DNA from: Octopus sinensis
Lineage: Eukaryota
Direction: 5' to 3'
DNA: 64,000 nucleotides
Assembly: GCF_006345805.1 (NCBI RefSeq)
Contig: NC_043011.1
Span: 8,060,001 to 8,124,000 of the forward strand
The translations under genes and the position numbers were made by a program. Below, piece after piece: positions 1-11,266 of this stretch. Under the pieces are notes generated by a model. It saw only the letters and a list, made by a program, of their open reading frames with translations. It was not told the DNA's origin and did no database searches. Each line of letters begins with the position of its first letter. Within the stretch, counting starts at the first letter, position 1.

Positions 1-216
1 GGGTCCTCATTTTTCTCTTTCGTACACAGTCTCGAGTACTCAAAACTAAGTTCCTGCAACCTGGGTGTTAATGGCTGAAAGCTTTGACCGCAGCTGGATG
101 TTAGAAGTTTCGAAGCGGTCAGTATTTTCTCCTGGCTGTCGTAGTCGGAGAGATTGAGCAGCGAGGCCACTCTGTCGCACCATCCAGTAAGGGTCATCTT
201 TTCTAGAAGATTTATG
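1..216 (-). CDS. SIL1: SIL1 coding exon 9, partial (INLLEKMTLTGWCDRVASLL...QEKILTA...EYSRLCTKEKNED)
   Basis: Acceptor ctgctttcag at 219-217, phase 2. GWC, EKIL and LxxEY motifs match the SIL1 C-terminus. The frame differs from ORF-track entry 46..288 and stays open to the window edge. Confidence 0.93.
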
Positions 217-690
217 CTGAAAGCAGACAAGAAGAAACACAATATTTAGGTTGAGAATTAAGATGAAAAAAATCATCATCATCATCATCCAGTATTTTAA
301 ATCCGAGTTTTGACCCCATTCACCCTTTCATTACCAACTTAGCTGAAACCGGCTTTGGTTCCGAGTACAAATGTCTTGTTTACATAAGTTTTGAATTAGA
401 ATCTTCCACCAAACCTTAGTCACAATTTATGTTCCTAACACTAGCTGAATGACAACTAAGTTATTATACTAAATTCTTTGTTATATTTAAGATTAATTAC
501 ATATATTTTTTTAATAATATATTATTATTATTATTATTAATATAAGGAAATCAATATTGAACTCATCATAAAGATATACCCGTGTGAAAGACCTTATTGC
601 ATTAAAAATATAAATAAATAAATATAAAAATATAAATATAATGTATAAAATAAATTTGAAAGTTTAAAAGTTTTGAACTGAGTTTTTAAG

Positions 691-782
691 CATCTTACGA
701 TCGTTTCGCAGAAGAGTTGTCCCTATAATGAAATCCTATATCGATAAGCATTTATAGACAACACGTCTGCTCTTCAGAGATA
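691..782 (-). ncRNA. Type I hammerhead ribozyme, intact core, long stem II
   Basis: Minus strand reads TATCT-CTGAAGA-GCAGA..(63-nt stem II in total)..TCTGC-GAAA-CGATCG-TA-AGATG. Stem I 5 bp, G10.1-C11.1 pair, palindromic stem III ACGATCGT, GUA cleavage triplet. Confidence 0.85.
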
Positions 783-1945
783 TAAAATATGAATATTGTA
801 TAATATATCGAATGATAGATTTTAAGATTAACTGAAAGAAATACAAAGCATCTCAAAATAAATACAATAATGAAAGGGTAAAAGGGGTGGCCAGATCTAC
901 CCCAATGCCATAGCAACCAAGGTAAGCAGGTGCCCATTCTCCTTTGCTATCATGAAGCTTTTTTGGAGCTGGATTTTCTACAGGGAGCATGTCCTTGCTT
1001 ACCCTAAACCTCAGTTTCTAGACATGAGTGGTCCCAAGACCAAGGCCTCTGCCATGAGTTTTAAGAAATGTGTGTGCATATGTGTGTGTGTGTGTGTGTG
1101 TACATGTGTATACATGTATGTACTTGAATGTATACATGTGTGCAAGCATGTGGACATGTGTATGTATACATGTGTGTGTGTATATTTATATATTAATGCA
1201 CATATGTTTGTGCTTGTATACATATGAGTGTATGTGTGTGAGCATATATTTCTGTACATGTGTGTTTATACATGTATGTATCTAGGTGTGGCCAAGTGGT
1301 TAAGCAATAAACTTGGTAAACATGAGTTCCAAAGTCTAATCCCATTGGGTAACATCTCAGGCAAAGGTCATCTACCACACCCTCAGGCTGACCCCAAAAT
1401 TTACAGAGGAATCTAGGCAGATGGAAGACGCTAGATGGACCACAGTCAGGTCATTTGAAAGGTCGGCATTGTCACAGTGTGACCTATTGGTTCTGTCAAA
1501 TGATTATGTCATAGGTAGACATGGGTTGGTGGGGTACTCAGTCACTTAGGCAATACTTTAAAGAGAAGGTGGCTCGATTGGTCAAAGACCTGAAATGCTC
1601 ATTATTGAAACTGATGGAAGACACAAGAGTAAATGTCAGATCAAAGAGAAGAATTACGTTTGACCCAGAGAATGAGCATGTATGTGTATGAAAGAGTGTA
1701 TGTTGGTGAATGCCTACACATATATATGAGCATTTAGGATATATATATTTATATATATATATATATATCATCATCATCATCATCATCATCATTTAACGTC
1801 CGCTTTCCATGCTAGCATGGGTTGGACGGTTCAACTGGGGTCTGGGGAGCCCGAAAGCTGCACCAGTCCAGTCAGATCTGGCAGTGTTTCTACAGCTGGA
1901 TGCCCTTCCTAACGCCAACCACTCCGAGAGTGTAGTGGGTGATTT

Positions 1946-2520
1946 TATGTGCCACCGACACAGGTGCCAGACGAGGCTGGCAAACGGCCACGCTCGGATG
2001 GTGTTTTTTATGTGCCACCGACACAGGTGCCAGACGAGGCTGGCAGACGGCCACGCTCGGATGGTGTTTTTATGTGCACCGACACGGTCCAGACGAGTCT
2101 GGCAGACGGCCACGCTCGGATGGTTTTTATGTGCCACCGACACAGGTGCCAGACGAGCACCTCGGATGGTGTGTTTTATGTGCCACCGACACAGGTGCAG
2201 ACGAGGCTGGCAGAACGGCCACGCTCGGATGGTGTTTTTATGTGCCACCGACACAGGTGCCAGACGAGCACGCTCGGATGGTGTTTTTTATGTGCCACCG
2301 ACACAGGTGCCAGACGAGCTGGCAGACGCCACGCTCGGATGGTGTTTTTTATGTGCCACCGACACAGGTGCCAGACGAGGCTGGCAGACGGCCACGCTCG
2401 GATGGTGTTTTTATGTGCCACCGACACAGGTGCCAGACGAGCACGCTCGGATGGTGTTTTTATGTGCCACCGACACAGGTGCCAGATGAGGCTGGAAAAC
2501 GGCCACGATCGGATGGTGCT
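1946..2520. repeat. Tandem array of ten 49-63 bp units
   Basis: TATGTGCCACC starts at 1946, 2009, 2071, 2128, 2177, 2239, 2289, 2350, 2412 and 2461, with long and short variants. Confidence 0.95.
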
Positions 2521-3780
2521 TGTTACGTGCCCACAGCACGGAGGCCAGTCGATGCGGTACTGGCTACGGCCACGTTCGGATGGTTTTCTTATGTGCCACG
2601 TGCCACCGGCACTGGTACCACAAAGATACAAATTCCATTGATGTTCATCTATTTTGATTTGTTTTTTTTTCACTTGTCTCAACAGGTCTTCACAAGTGTC
2701 ACAAGAAGGAAGGTATGCACAGGTGGACTGACTACGTCCCGGGTAGGGGCCATGGGTTATGGCCTGACTAGTCTTGCCGGGTCTTCGGATGGTGTTTTTA
2801 TGTGCCACCGACACAGGTGCTAGATGAGGCTGGCGAACGGCCACGATCGGATGGTGTTTGTCATGTGCCCACCGCACTGACTACGGCACTGATGGATTTC
2901 TTGTGTGCCACAGGCACTGGTACCACAAGATACAAATTCCATTGATGTTCATCTATTTTGTCTATTTTGATTTGATTTTGATTTTCACTTGCCTCAACCA
3001 GTCTTCACAAGTGTCACAAGAAGGAAGGTATGCACAGGTGGACTGACTAGTCTTGCCGGGTCTTCGGAAGGTGTTTTTTATGTGCCACCGACACAGGTGC
3101 CAGATGAGGCTGGCGAACGGCCATGATCGGATGGTGTTTGTTACGTGCCCACAGCACGGAGGCCGGTCGATGCGGAACTGGCTACGGCCACGTTCGGATG
3201 GTTCTCATGTGTGCCGCCGGCACTGGTACCACAAAGTGTGTGCCACCGGCACTGGTACCACAAAGATACAGATTCCATTGATGTTCATCTATTTTGATTT
3301 GTTTTGATTTGATTTTCACTTGCCTCAACAGGTCTTCACAAGTGTCACAAGAAGGAAGGTATGCACAGGTGGACTGACTACGTCCCAGGTAGGGGCCATG
3401 GGTTATGGCCTGACTAGTCTTGCCGGGTCTTCGGATGGTGTTTTTATGTGCCACCGACACAGGTGCTAGATGAGGCTGGCGAACGGCCACGATCGGATGG
3501 TGTTTGTCATGTGCCCACAGCACGGAGGCCAGTCGATGCGGTACTGGCTACGGCCACTTTCGGATGGTTTTCTCTTGTGTGCCACCGGCACTGGTACCAC
3601 AAAGATACAAATTCCATTGATGTTCATCTATTTTGATTTGTTTTGATTTGATTTTGATTTTGATTTTCACTTGCCTCAACAGGCCTTCACAAGTATCACA
3701 AGGAGGAAGGTATGCACAGGTGGACTGACTACGTCCCAGGTAGGGGCCATGGTTTATGGCCTGACTAGTCTTGCCGGGTC
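2461..3780. repeat. Higher-order tandem repeat, four units of 280-366 bp
   Basis: Units start at 2461, 2799, 3079 and 3445. Each contains CAAAGATACAAATTCCATTGATG and GAAGGAAGGTATGCACAGGTGGACTGACTA. Confidence 0.9.
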
Positions 3781-3782
3781 AT

Positions 3783-4000
3783 ATACTCTTTACTCTATTT
3801 TACTTGCTTCAGTCATTTGATTGTGGCCATGCTGGAGCACCACCTTTAGACGAGCAAATTGAACCAAGGACTTATTCTTTGAAAGCCTAGTACTTATTCT
3901 ACCAGACACTTCTGCCGAACTGCCAAGTTATGGGACGTAAACACACCAACATCAGTTGTCAAGCGATGTTGGGGGGACAAACACAGACACACAAACATAT

Positions 4001-4044
<44 letters not shown>

Positions 4045-4190
4045 GATGGGCTTCTTTCAGTTTCCGTCTCCCAAATCCACTCACAAGGCTTTGGTCGGCC
4101 AGAGGCTATAGTAGAAGATACTTGGCCAAGGTGTCACACAGTGGGACTGAACCTGGAACCATGTGGTTGGCAAGCAAGCAACTTACCACA
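3783..4190 (-). mobile_element. tRNA-derived SINE family 1
   Basis: The consensus blocks GGTTCAGTCCCACTG, GCCTTGTGAGTGGATTTGG and CCAGCATGGCC recur across the window. Confidence 0.8.
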
Positions 4191-4626
4191 CATCCACTCC
4201 TATATATATACACATGTTTGCTGTTTACACACCCGTCTTCGTCTTTTGTAAATTCACAGGATATATATATATATATATATATATCACCATCATCAATGTC
4301 TGTCAGGAGTGGCTGTGTGGTAAGAAGCTTACTTCCCAACCACATGGTTCTAGGTTCAGTCCCACTGTGTGGCACCTAAGGCAAGTGCCTTCTCTAAAGC
4401 CTTGTGAGTGGATTTGGCAGAGAGAACCTGAAAAAAGCTCGTCGTATATATATATATATATATATGTATATACATACATACATACATATATATATATACC
4501 GAAGGAATGGCAGTCAAAGACCGTTTTTCCAATTTCTATAAGTGGAGAATCCAAAAACGAAGGCCCTTACGGCTCACATACACAAAACCGGAGTGGCAAA
4601 TATACGAAGTCAGTCACTTACCGTTA

Positions 4627-4691
4627 ATAGCGAACATGTGTTTCTGGATCGCAAACATAGAAATCAGTTTGAATTCCGTCATCAGCGCTAT
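4627..4691 (-). ncRNA. Type I hammerhead ribozyme motif (left arm of foldback element)
   Basis: ATAGCG-CTGATGA-CGGA..TCCA-GAAA-CACATG-TT-CGCTAT. 6-bp stem I, stem II GGA/TCC plus CAAAC/GTTTG, C-A mismatch at the base of stem II. Confidence 0.75.
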
Positions 4692-5262
4692 ATTCGATAG
4701 CTTTGCCAAATGCCACTAGCTCTCACTTCTGACCCAGCGACATCAGATAGTGGGGGGAAGAGTGCAGATGTTAAAACTAAGCGGCGACTGGGAACGTAAA
4801 TTTTCCCTCCAAAATTCTGCCATGCGCGCTTTCTGGGTAATCGTAATGGAATGAGGAATCCACATGGTAATTCAATAAAAATGGTAAATAATTTTCCTGT
4901 GGTTTTTCATGTAACCAACAATTATTTACCAGAAAAATTCGGTATGTAAATACGACAAATTAATTGTCAGGACCTTTGTAAGGTTGACAATTAATTTGTC
5001 GTATTTACATACTGAATTTTTCTGGTAAATAATTGTTGGTTACATGAAAAACCACAGGAAAATTATTTACCATTTTTATTGAATTACCATGTGGATTCCT
5101 CATTCCATTACGATTACCCAGAAAGCGCGCATGGCAGAATTTTGGAGGGAAAATTTACGTTCCCAGTCGCCGCTTAGTTTTAACATCTGCACTCTTCCCC
5201 CCACTATCTGATGTCGCTGGGTCAGAAGTGAGGGCTAGTGGCATTTAGTAAAGCTATCGAAT

Positions 5263-5327
5263 ATAGCGCCGATGACGGAATTCAAACTGATTTCTATGTT
5301 TGCGATCCAGAAACATATGTTCGCTAT
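5263..5327 (+). ncRNA. Type I hammerhead ribozyme motif, CCGATGA (U4C) core (right arm)
   Basis: ATAGCG-CCGATGA-CGGA..TCCA-GAAA-CATATG-TT-CGCTAT. Palindromic stem III ACATATGT. Confidence 0.75.
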
Positions 5328-5626
5328 TAACGGTAAGTGACTGACTTCGTATATTTGCCACTCCGGTTTTGTGTATGTGAGCCATAAGGGTCTTCGTTTT
5401 TGGATTCTCCACTTATAGAAATTGGAAAAAAGGTCTTTGACTGCCATTTCTAATTCCTTCGGTATGAGGTGAAACAGCCTGCTGCTAACCTTCTTATTTT
5501 TTCTTTACTATATACTGAACCTTACAAAGGTCCTGACAATTAATTTGTCGTATTTACATACCGAATTTTTCCGGTAAATAATTGTTGGTTACATAAAAAA
5601 CCACAGGAAAATTATTTACCATTTTT

Positions 5627-5675
<49 letters not shown>

Positions 5676-5955
5676 ATGTGCATGTGTTTGTCCGCCATCA
5701 TTGCTTGACAACCAATGTTAGAAAGAGTTGTGATGGTCATGGGCGGAAATCACAGAGTTGTCATTTAGTATGAGTTTATGAAATTATCACTACTGCTGCT
5801 CCTATTACCAATACTACTACTACTACTACTACTAAAAGTTTAGCTACTAATACAAGTAAGACCACTGCCACTAGTAATACCAAAATCTCTATCATGGTAC
5901 CTGACAGTTAAAGCAGCCTAGCCAGGTGGATAATATACTCCACTTCTTCACTTAC

Positions 5956-6023
5956 CTCTCATATTGTTGGAGTTTTTCTCTGTTTTTAATATTGTTGTCT
6001 TGTGAGTGAGATGCTGAAATTAC
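5956..6023 (-). CDS. SIL1: SIL1 coding exon 8 (VISASHSQDNNIKNREKLQQYES)
   Basis: Found by hand. Acceptor ttacag, donor AG|GTAAGT, 68 nt, phase 0-2, exactly bridging exons 7 and 9. EKLQQY matches human EKLQQY. Confidence 0.92.
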
Positions 6024-6695
6024 CTGTAATTAAGAATAAAGGTAAGTTGAATGATTAGTGAAGTAATTAAAGAGACTGGTGCAGTAAATATTGATTGGTT
6101 GATTAGTAAATATTAATTGATTGACTGATATGTAATTATTGACTTTACAATATTCTGTGAAAATATGTCGGGCCACGGAGAAAAATATCACTTTTGCTTT
6201 GGAAAAACAAGTGAAGATTTGGTGACAGGAAGAGCATCCAGCCACAGAAAATCTGAGTCAAGAAAGTCCAATCCAACCCATGCAAGCATGGAAAAGAGGA
6301 TGTTAAAGCAACGATGATGTCTGGAGGTGCAGGCATGGCTGTGTGGTGAAGAAGTTTACTTACCGACATCATGGTTTTGGGTTCAAGCACACAGCAGTGT
6401 GTGTCACCTTAGGCAAGTATTTTCTCCGATAGTTTCAAGCTGACCAAAACCTTGTCTTGTGAGTGGATTTGGTAGGTGGAAACTGAAAGAAGCCTATAGT
6501 GTATATATAAAAGATCTAGGCTGTCTGGTAAGAAGTTTGCTTCCCAACCATGTGGTCCTAGGTTCAGTCCCACTGTGTAGCACCTTAGGCAAGTGTCTTC
6601 TGCTATCGCCTTGGGCCAACCAAAGCCTTGTGAGTGGATTTGGCAGGTGGAAACTGAAAGAAGCCTGTTGTGTATATATAAAAGATCATGGTTGT

Positions 6696-6835
6696 GTTCA
6701 AAATTCTACCAAGACACCTGATGAAGGCTGGAGAGTAAATCAGCTGAAACGTTGTGGTAACAACAAACAAGATGATGACACATATCCGTCCAATGTAAAT
6801 AATGTATAGAATTCCTCATCTCTAGAATATAGAAC
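6696..6835 (+). mobile_element. SINE-HHR copy C (headless)
   Basis: Body and 3' end match copy A. Confidence 0.75.
6713..6756 (+). ncRNA. Minimal hammerhead motif in SINE-HHR copy C
   Basis: GACAC-CTGATGA-A-GGCTG..CAGCT-GAAAC-GTT-GTG. Core intact, ACGT palindrome. Confidence 0.72.
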
Positions 6836-7069
6836 AATATAGACTGGTGGTTCACAACCATTTTAATATCTGATCCAGATCCAAAATGAGGGATTTTTTT
6901 AGGGGGGCTGCACCAAAAAACGTAAAGGACAAGTCAAAGGAAAATTTATAATTTTCAACCCTTTAGCATTTAAGCTAGTCATATCCGGCCAAAATATTCT
7001 TCCTGTTTTATGATCAAACTGGCCAGATTTAAAACAAAGTGGATAAATAAGTGTTACATTTGATAGAAT

Positions 7070-7215
7070 ATTTACATTATTTACATTTGACGGATATTTG
7101 TCATCATCTTGTTTGTTGTTAACACAACGTATCAGCTGATATACCCTCCAGCCTTCATCAGGTGTCTTGGGGACCTTTCAAACCTGGGTTCTCATTCCTA
7201 AGGTATTTTTCCCTA
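7070..7215 (-). mobile_element. SINE-HHR copy B (headless, inverted next to copy A)
   Basis: Reverse complement of the copy A body. Confidence 0.75.
7121..7166 (-). ncRNA. Degenerate hammerhead motif in SINE-HHR copy B (GAAA to GATA)
   Basis: Minus strand GACAC-CTGATGA-A-GGCTG..CAGCT-GATAC-GTT-GTGTT. Confidence 0.65.
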
Positions 7216-7228
7216 AGGTATATACCCA

Positions 7229-7495
7229 CAGGCATATGGCGTAGAGGTTAAGAGAGCGGGTTACTAACCCCATGATTCTGAGTTCTATCTCAGACAGTGA
7301 CCTGAATAATAATAATAACATCTAAAAATACCTTGGTAATGAGAACCCAGGTTCAAAATTTCCCCAAGAGACCTGATGAAGGCTGGAGGGTATATCAGCC
7401 GAAACATTGTGTTAATAACAAACAAGATGAGGACAAATATCCATCAAATGTAAATAATGTACATAATTCCTCATCTCTTAAATACAGAGCTGTAT
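7229..7495 (+). mobile_element. tRNA-headed SINE carrying a hammerhead (copy A, full length)
   Basis: Head GGCATATGGCGTAGAGGTTAAG..GAGTTCTATC (A/B-box-like), then an (AAT)n linker, the HHR body, and the 3' end AATTCCTCATCTCTTAAATA. Confidence 0.8.
7368..7413 (+). ncRNA. Hammerhead motif in SINE-HHR copy A (stem III G to A)
   Basis: GAGAC-CTGATGA-A-GGCTG-GAGGGTATAT-CAGCC-GAAAC-ATT-GTGTT. Confidence 0.68.
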
Positions 7496-7639
7496 TATTT
7501 AATAGAATAATCTGAACACTAAAGGGTTAAAGAGCAAGGAACATCAGGGGCAAGTGGCAGGGATGGTTGAGGGCTGCATGTAACCCCGGGAGATGTGGTT
7601 GAGAACAGTTGATGTTGAGGCTTCTGTGTTTTTGCTCAC

Positions 7640-7901
7640 CTTTTCTGAGATCAAATCTGCAAGAAGCGTTACAATCTTCACTTGAATAGCATCCGTCTTT
7701 GACTCGGAGTAGAGCTGGGTGAATGCAGACAGACCCCCGAGGGCCAGGAAACGCTGCTGTGCATTGAGATTGTGTCGCAGGAGCACCGATGCTGCGTAGA
7801 GGCACTTCTTTCGTACAGCCAGAGATGGCTCAGTGGAAATCATGGTGATGAGTTTCTGCATAACACCAGCATCAACTGCAGTTGACTGCACAACAGGATT
7901 A
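7640..7901 (-). CDS. SIL1: SIL1 coding exon 7 (armadillo-like repeats, NPVVQ...LLADLISEK)
   Basis: Acceptor gtgcag, donor AAG|GTGAGC, 262 nt, phase 2-0. NPVVQ, KKCLYAASVLLRH, AQQRFLALGGL and VKIVTLLADLISEK align to SIL1. Confidence 0.97.
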
Positions 7902-8532
7902 CTGCACATTTATGAAAGAGAAAACAAAATAGATTAGTTTCTTTAATAATTAGTCAATTAAGCTTTTTTTTTTAATTTGACTGGATATAAGTGCAAGCAT
8001 GGCTATGTGGTTAAGAAAGCTGCTTTGCAACTCATGTGGTTTGGGGTTCAGTCCCACGACATCATACCTTGGCAAGTGGCTTCTGTTATAGCCCTGGGTC
8101 AGCACTATCCGAGCGTGATCGTTGCCAGGGCTGCTGATTGGCTCCCGTGCTGGTGGCATGTAAAAAGCAACAGTTGAGTGTGATTGTTGCCAGTGTCACC
8201 TTATTGGCACATGTGCCAGTGGCACATGAAAAACAACATTCGAGCTTGGTTGTTGCCAGTGCTACCAGACTGGCTCCCATGCAGGTAGCATGCAAAAAAC
8301 ATCTTTTGAGCATGGTCATTGCCAGAACCACCTGACTGGCCCTTGTGCTGGTGGCACGTAAAAGCACCCACTATACTCTCAGAATGGTTGGCATTAGGAA
8401 GGGCATCCAGCTGTAGAAACTTTGCCAGATCGGATTGGAGCCTGGTGCAGCCTTCTGGCTTGCCAGTCCTCAGTCAATCCATCTAACCTATGCCAGCATG
8501 GAAAGTAGACGTTAAAAGACAATGATGATAGG

Positions 8533-8935
8533 TTCATCATCATCATTGTTCGACCGTGGTCGAGACAATGGAATTTACCATGCTACGCCAGACTTCACGG
8601 TCCATCATGGCATTATGGAGGTCCTGTTGCTGGATGCCTGTATCCCTGGAGATTACATCAGGGTAGGAGAGTGTGCGCCCTCTGGTATTGCGAGTAGATG
8701 GCTTCCAGAGGAGAAGAGTAGAAATTACCTCTTTTTCAGCTCTACAACAATGTCCAGCAAACTGGACTCTTCTACCTTTCACAAGAGATGATACAGGTGG
8801 TAGTTTCCCATATATTTGCATTTTGGTTGGATGGCGCTTCCATGAGAGATTTTGAGCTCTCATAAGGAGGCGAGTGTAGGTTCCATCCAACCGCCTCTCA
8901 AGCTTCTTTGATAACGTCCATAAAATTTATGATCC
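8533..8935 (-). mobile_element. RTE-clade LINE 3' fragment
   Basis: WTLSKKLERRLDGTYTRLL..LSW..IYGKLP..RRVQFAGHC..DREVWR, followed by a (TGA)n tail. Confidence 0.8.
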
Positions 8936-8958
8936 TTTTGAAATGATAGGTTACTTAC

Positions 8959-9080
8959 CTCTGCATTGCTGATCCAAGTACAAAAGCTGTGTCATGTTTC
9001 ACATCCGTGTCTGTGCTGTTTAGTAAGTTTACTAGGAGAGAGATTCCACCAAGTTCGGCAAACAGCTGGGCACTATCAAT
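8959..9080 (-). CDS. SIL1: SIL1 coding exon 6 (IDSAQLFAELGGISLLVNLLNSTDTDVKHDTAFVLGSAMQS)
   Basis: Not in the ORF track; translated by hand. Acceptor tttgtag, donor AG|GTAAGT, 122 nt, phase 0-2. Corresponds to human MDNAQDLLSFGGL...AAFVLGAAFSS. Confidence 0.95.
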
Positions 9081-10439
9081 CTACAAAGGAAAGAGACAGG
9101 ATGTCCTTAACATAACTTAGAGCACCAACACAAAGGGGCCTTAAAACCAGTGATTCACAGGCCAATGGCACACGCCCCACCAGTTGGATGTGGCAACTTT
9201 TAAAGGGCCATCAGTTACCCCAGAATGGGGTAATCTAAATAGAAAATTAATTAAATTTGCAATAAAGTTTCAATTAAAACTTCTTTCAAGTATGCACATA
9301 GATACACACACACAAGTATATGGCCAGGACTGGATTTCATACTGTTATCAAGAATAGTGTACATTGCAAGAAATAGCAGCCGAAATCTCCCTTAAATAAT
9401 CCATGTACCATATTATGAAAATGAAGGACGCAATCCTAGACAGAAGAGAGTAGACATGATTGTATTTCATATAATCAACATGGATGGTGTACACTGCATA
9501 AACATAACTAAAAATAGCAGCTAAATCTCCCTTAAATCCCATTCCATCATCTTATGGAGAAAGAGGGTAGCAGCAAATCTCCCCCTCTCTTACTATGAAA
9601 AAGAAGTTTACAGTGGGAAACGTAGTCCTGAGTACTAAAGAGTGGTCATGGTTGGATTTCAAGCATATTCCATGGGCAGCATACATTGCATAAATACAAG
9701 AAATAACAGTTGGCTGCTTTCTCTAGCAGGCTTAGTAACCATGTGAGAGTAGTGACTCCTTACTGAGTTGATGGTGATGATGGTAACATACAAACTCAAG
9801 GGTGATAATGCTTCTGATGTTATTGATGGTGATGATGATGATGGTTTCAAATTTTGGCACAAGGCCAGCAATTTTGGGGAAGGGATTCAGCTGATTACAT
9901 CGACCCCAGTACTCAACTGGTACTTATTTTATTGACCCCGAAAGTACAGGAATTTGAACTCAGAATATAAAGACAGAAGAAATGCCGTCAAGCATTTTCT
10001 CTGGCGCCGTAACGCCTCTGCCAGCTTACTGTAGCAACAGCAATCATCATCATCATTTAACGTCCATTGTCCATGCTGGTGTGGGATGGATGGTTTGACC
10101 AGGACTGGTAAGCTGAGGGGCTGCACCAGACCCCAGTCTGATCTGGCATGATTTCTACAGCTCAGTGCCCTTCATAATGAGTGTAATGGGTGCTTTGATG
10201 TGCCAGTTGCGTGACACCAGTATCTGTCATGACTATGTTCTAACACGGTTTGATAGGTCTTATACTTAAACATGGCATAATTGCTAAAGGTAAGGCCCAA
10301 CACTTTAAAGGTGACTTTTACCTGCCACCGGCACGGGTGCTTGTTATGCGACACTGGCATCGACTACATTGCCTCCATGAGGCCCAATGCTTGACAAGTG
10401 CTTCTTGCGTGCCACCGGCTTAGGTGTCAGTTAATAATG

Positions 10440-11047
10440 CTTTCTACTCTAGGCACAAGGCCCAAAATTTTTTGGGAGGGGGCCAGTCACTTAGATCGAC
10501 CCAAGTACGCAACTGGTACTTACTTTATTGGCCTCGAAAGGATGAAAGGCAAAGCTGACCTCAGCGGAATTTGAACTCAGAATGTAAAGACAGACGAAAT
10601 ACTGCTAAGCATTTTGCCCGGCGTGCTCACGTTTCTGCCAGCTTGCCGCCTTATTATTCCTTTCTACTCTAGGTACAAGGCCCCCAATTTTTTTGGGGGG
10701 TGGGGGGGAGCCAGTCGATTACATCGACCCCAGTGTTCAATTGGTACTTACTTTATCGACTCTGAAAGGATGAAAAGTAAATCCGACCTCGATGGAATTT
10801 GAACTCAGAACGTAACGGCACATGAAATACCTATTTCTTTACTACCCACAAGAGGCCAAACAAGGACAGACAAACGGATTAAGTCGATTACATCGACCCC
10901 AGTGCATAACTGGTACTTAATTTATCGACCCTGAAAGGATGAAAGGCAAAGTCGACCTTGGCGGAATTTGAACTCACAACGTAACAGCAGACGGAATACC
11001 ACTAAGCATTTCGCCTGGCGTGCTAACAATTCTGCCAGCTTGCTGCC

Positions 11048-11050
<3 letters not shown>
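10440..11050 (-). mobile_element. tRNA-derived SINE family 2 cluster
   Basis: GGCGAGCTGGCAG..GAGTTCAAATTCCGCCGAGGTCGAC consensus. Other copies at about 9870, 12710 and 26075. Confidence 0.8.
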
Positions 11051-11091
<41 letters not shown>

Positions 11092-11122
11092 CTTCATCAT
11101 GTTAGTTACAGTAATTACTCAC

Positions 11123-11266
11123 CTGATGCAGAAAGAATTCCAATTCGGAGAGGATACTCTGAAGATCTTCCTTCTGGAGTACAGCATGATCCTTCAGCTG
11201 ATCGTGTAAGATGGTGACGATTTGTGCATCAGATTTTATAGATGATCTCAGCATCTCATAATCCCT
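11123..11266 (-). CDS. SIL1: SIL1 coding exon 5 (RDYEMLRSSIKSDAQIV...LSELEFFLHQ)
   Basis: 144 nt, phase 0-0, donor CAG|GTGAGT. LEFFLHQ corresponds to human LEYYVHQ at the same intron position. The exact 5' acceptor (ctaaag) is less certain. Confidence 0.88.

Larger units (their letters stand above)
1770..3780 (-). mobile_element. (TGA)n-tailed SINE-like repeat with internal satellite expansion
   Basis: The end ...CCCATGCTAGCATGGAAAGCGGACGTTAAATGATGATG is shared with copies at about 8000-8530, 10040-10430 and 15240-15585. The internal part is tandemly expanded. Confidence 0.8.
4499..5633. mobile_element. HHR-bearing non-autonomous element: 549-bp tandem unit plus head-to-head inverted copy
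   Basis: 4499-4985 is the reverse complement of about 4985-5462. 5534-5633 repeats 4985-5084 (period 549). Each arm carries an HHR. Confidence 0.85.

Noticed and set aside
46-288. ORF-track protein MMMMMIFF...
   Set aside because: Wrong frame. The SIL1-matching frame starts after the acceptor at 217.
1547-1680. Plus-strand open frame QYFKEKVARLVKDL.. with AG/GTATGT boundaries
   Set aside because: No recognisable homology and no partner exons. It could arise by chance in 43 codons.
1946-3780. CRISPR-like array or protein-coding repeat ORFs (226-294 aa)
   Set aside because: The units are full tandem repeats without unique spacers, there are no cas genes, the context is eukaryotic, and the sequence is SINE-derived. 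The ORFs are open in several frames only because the unit lacks stop codons.
4507-5447. Mirror-image 70-aa ORFs MAVKD..
   Set aside because: They are by-products of the inverted repeat, antisense to the HHR strand, and carry no recognisable domain.
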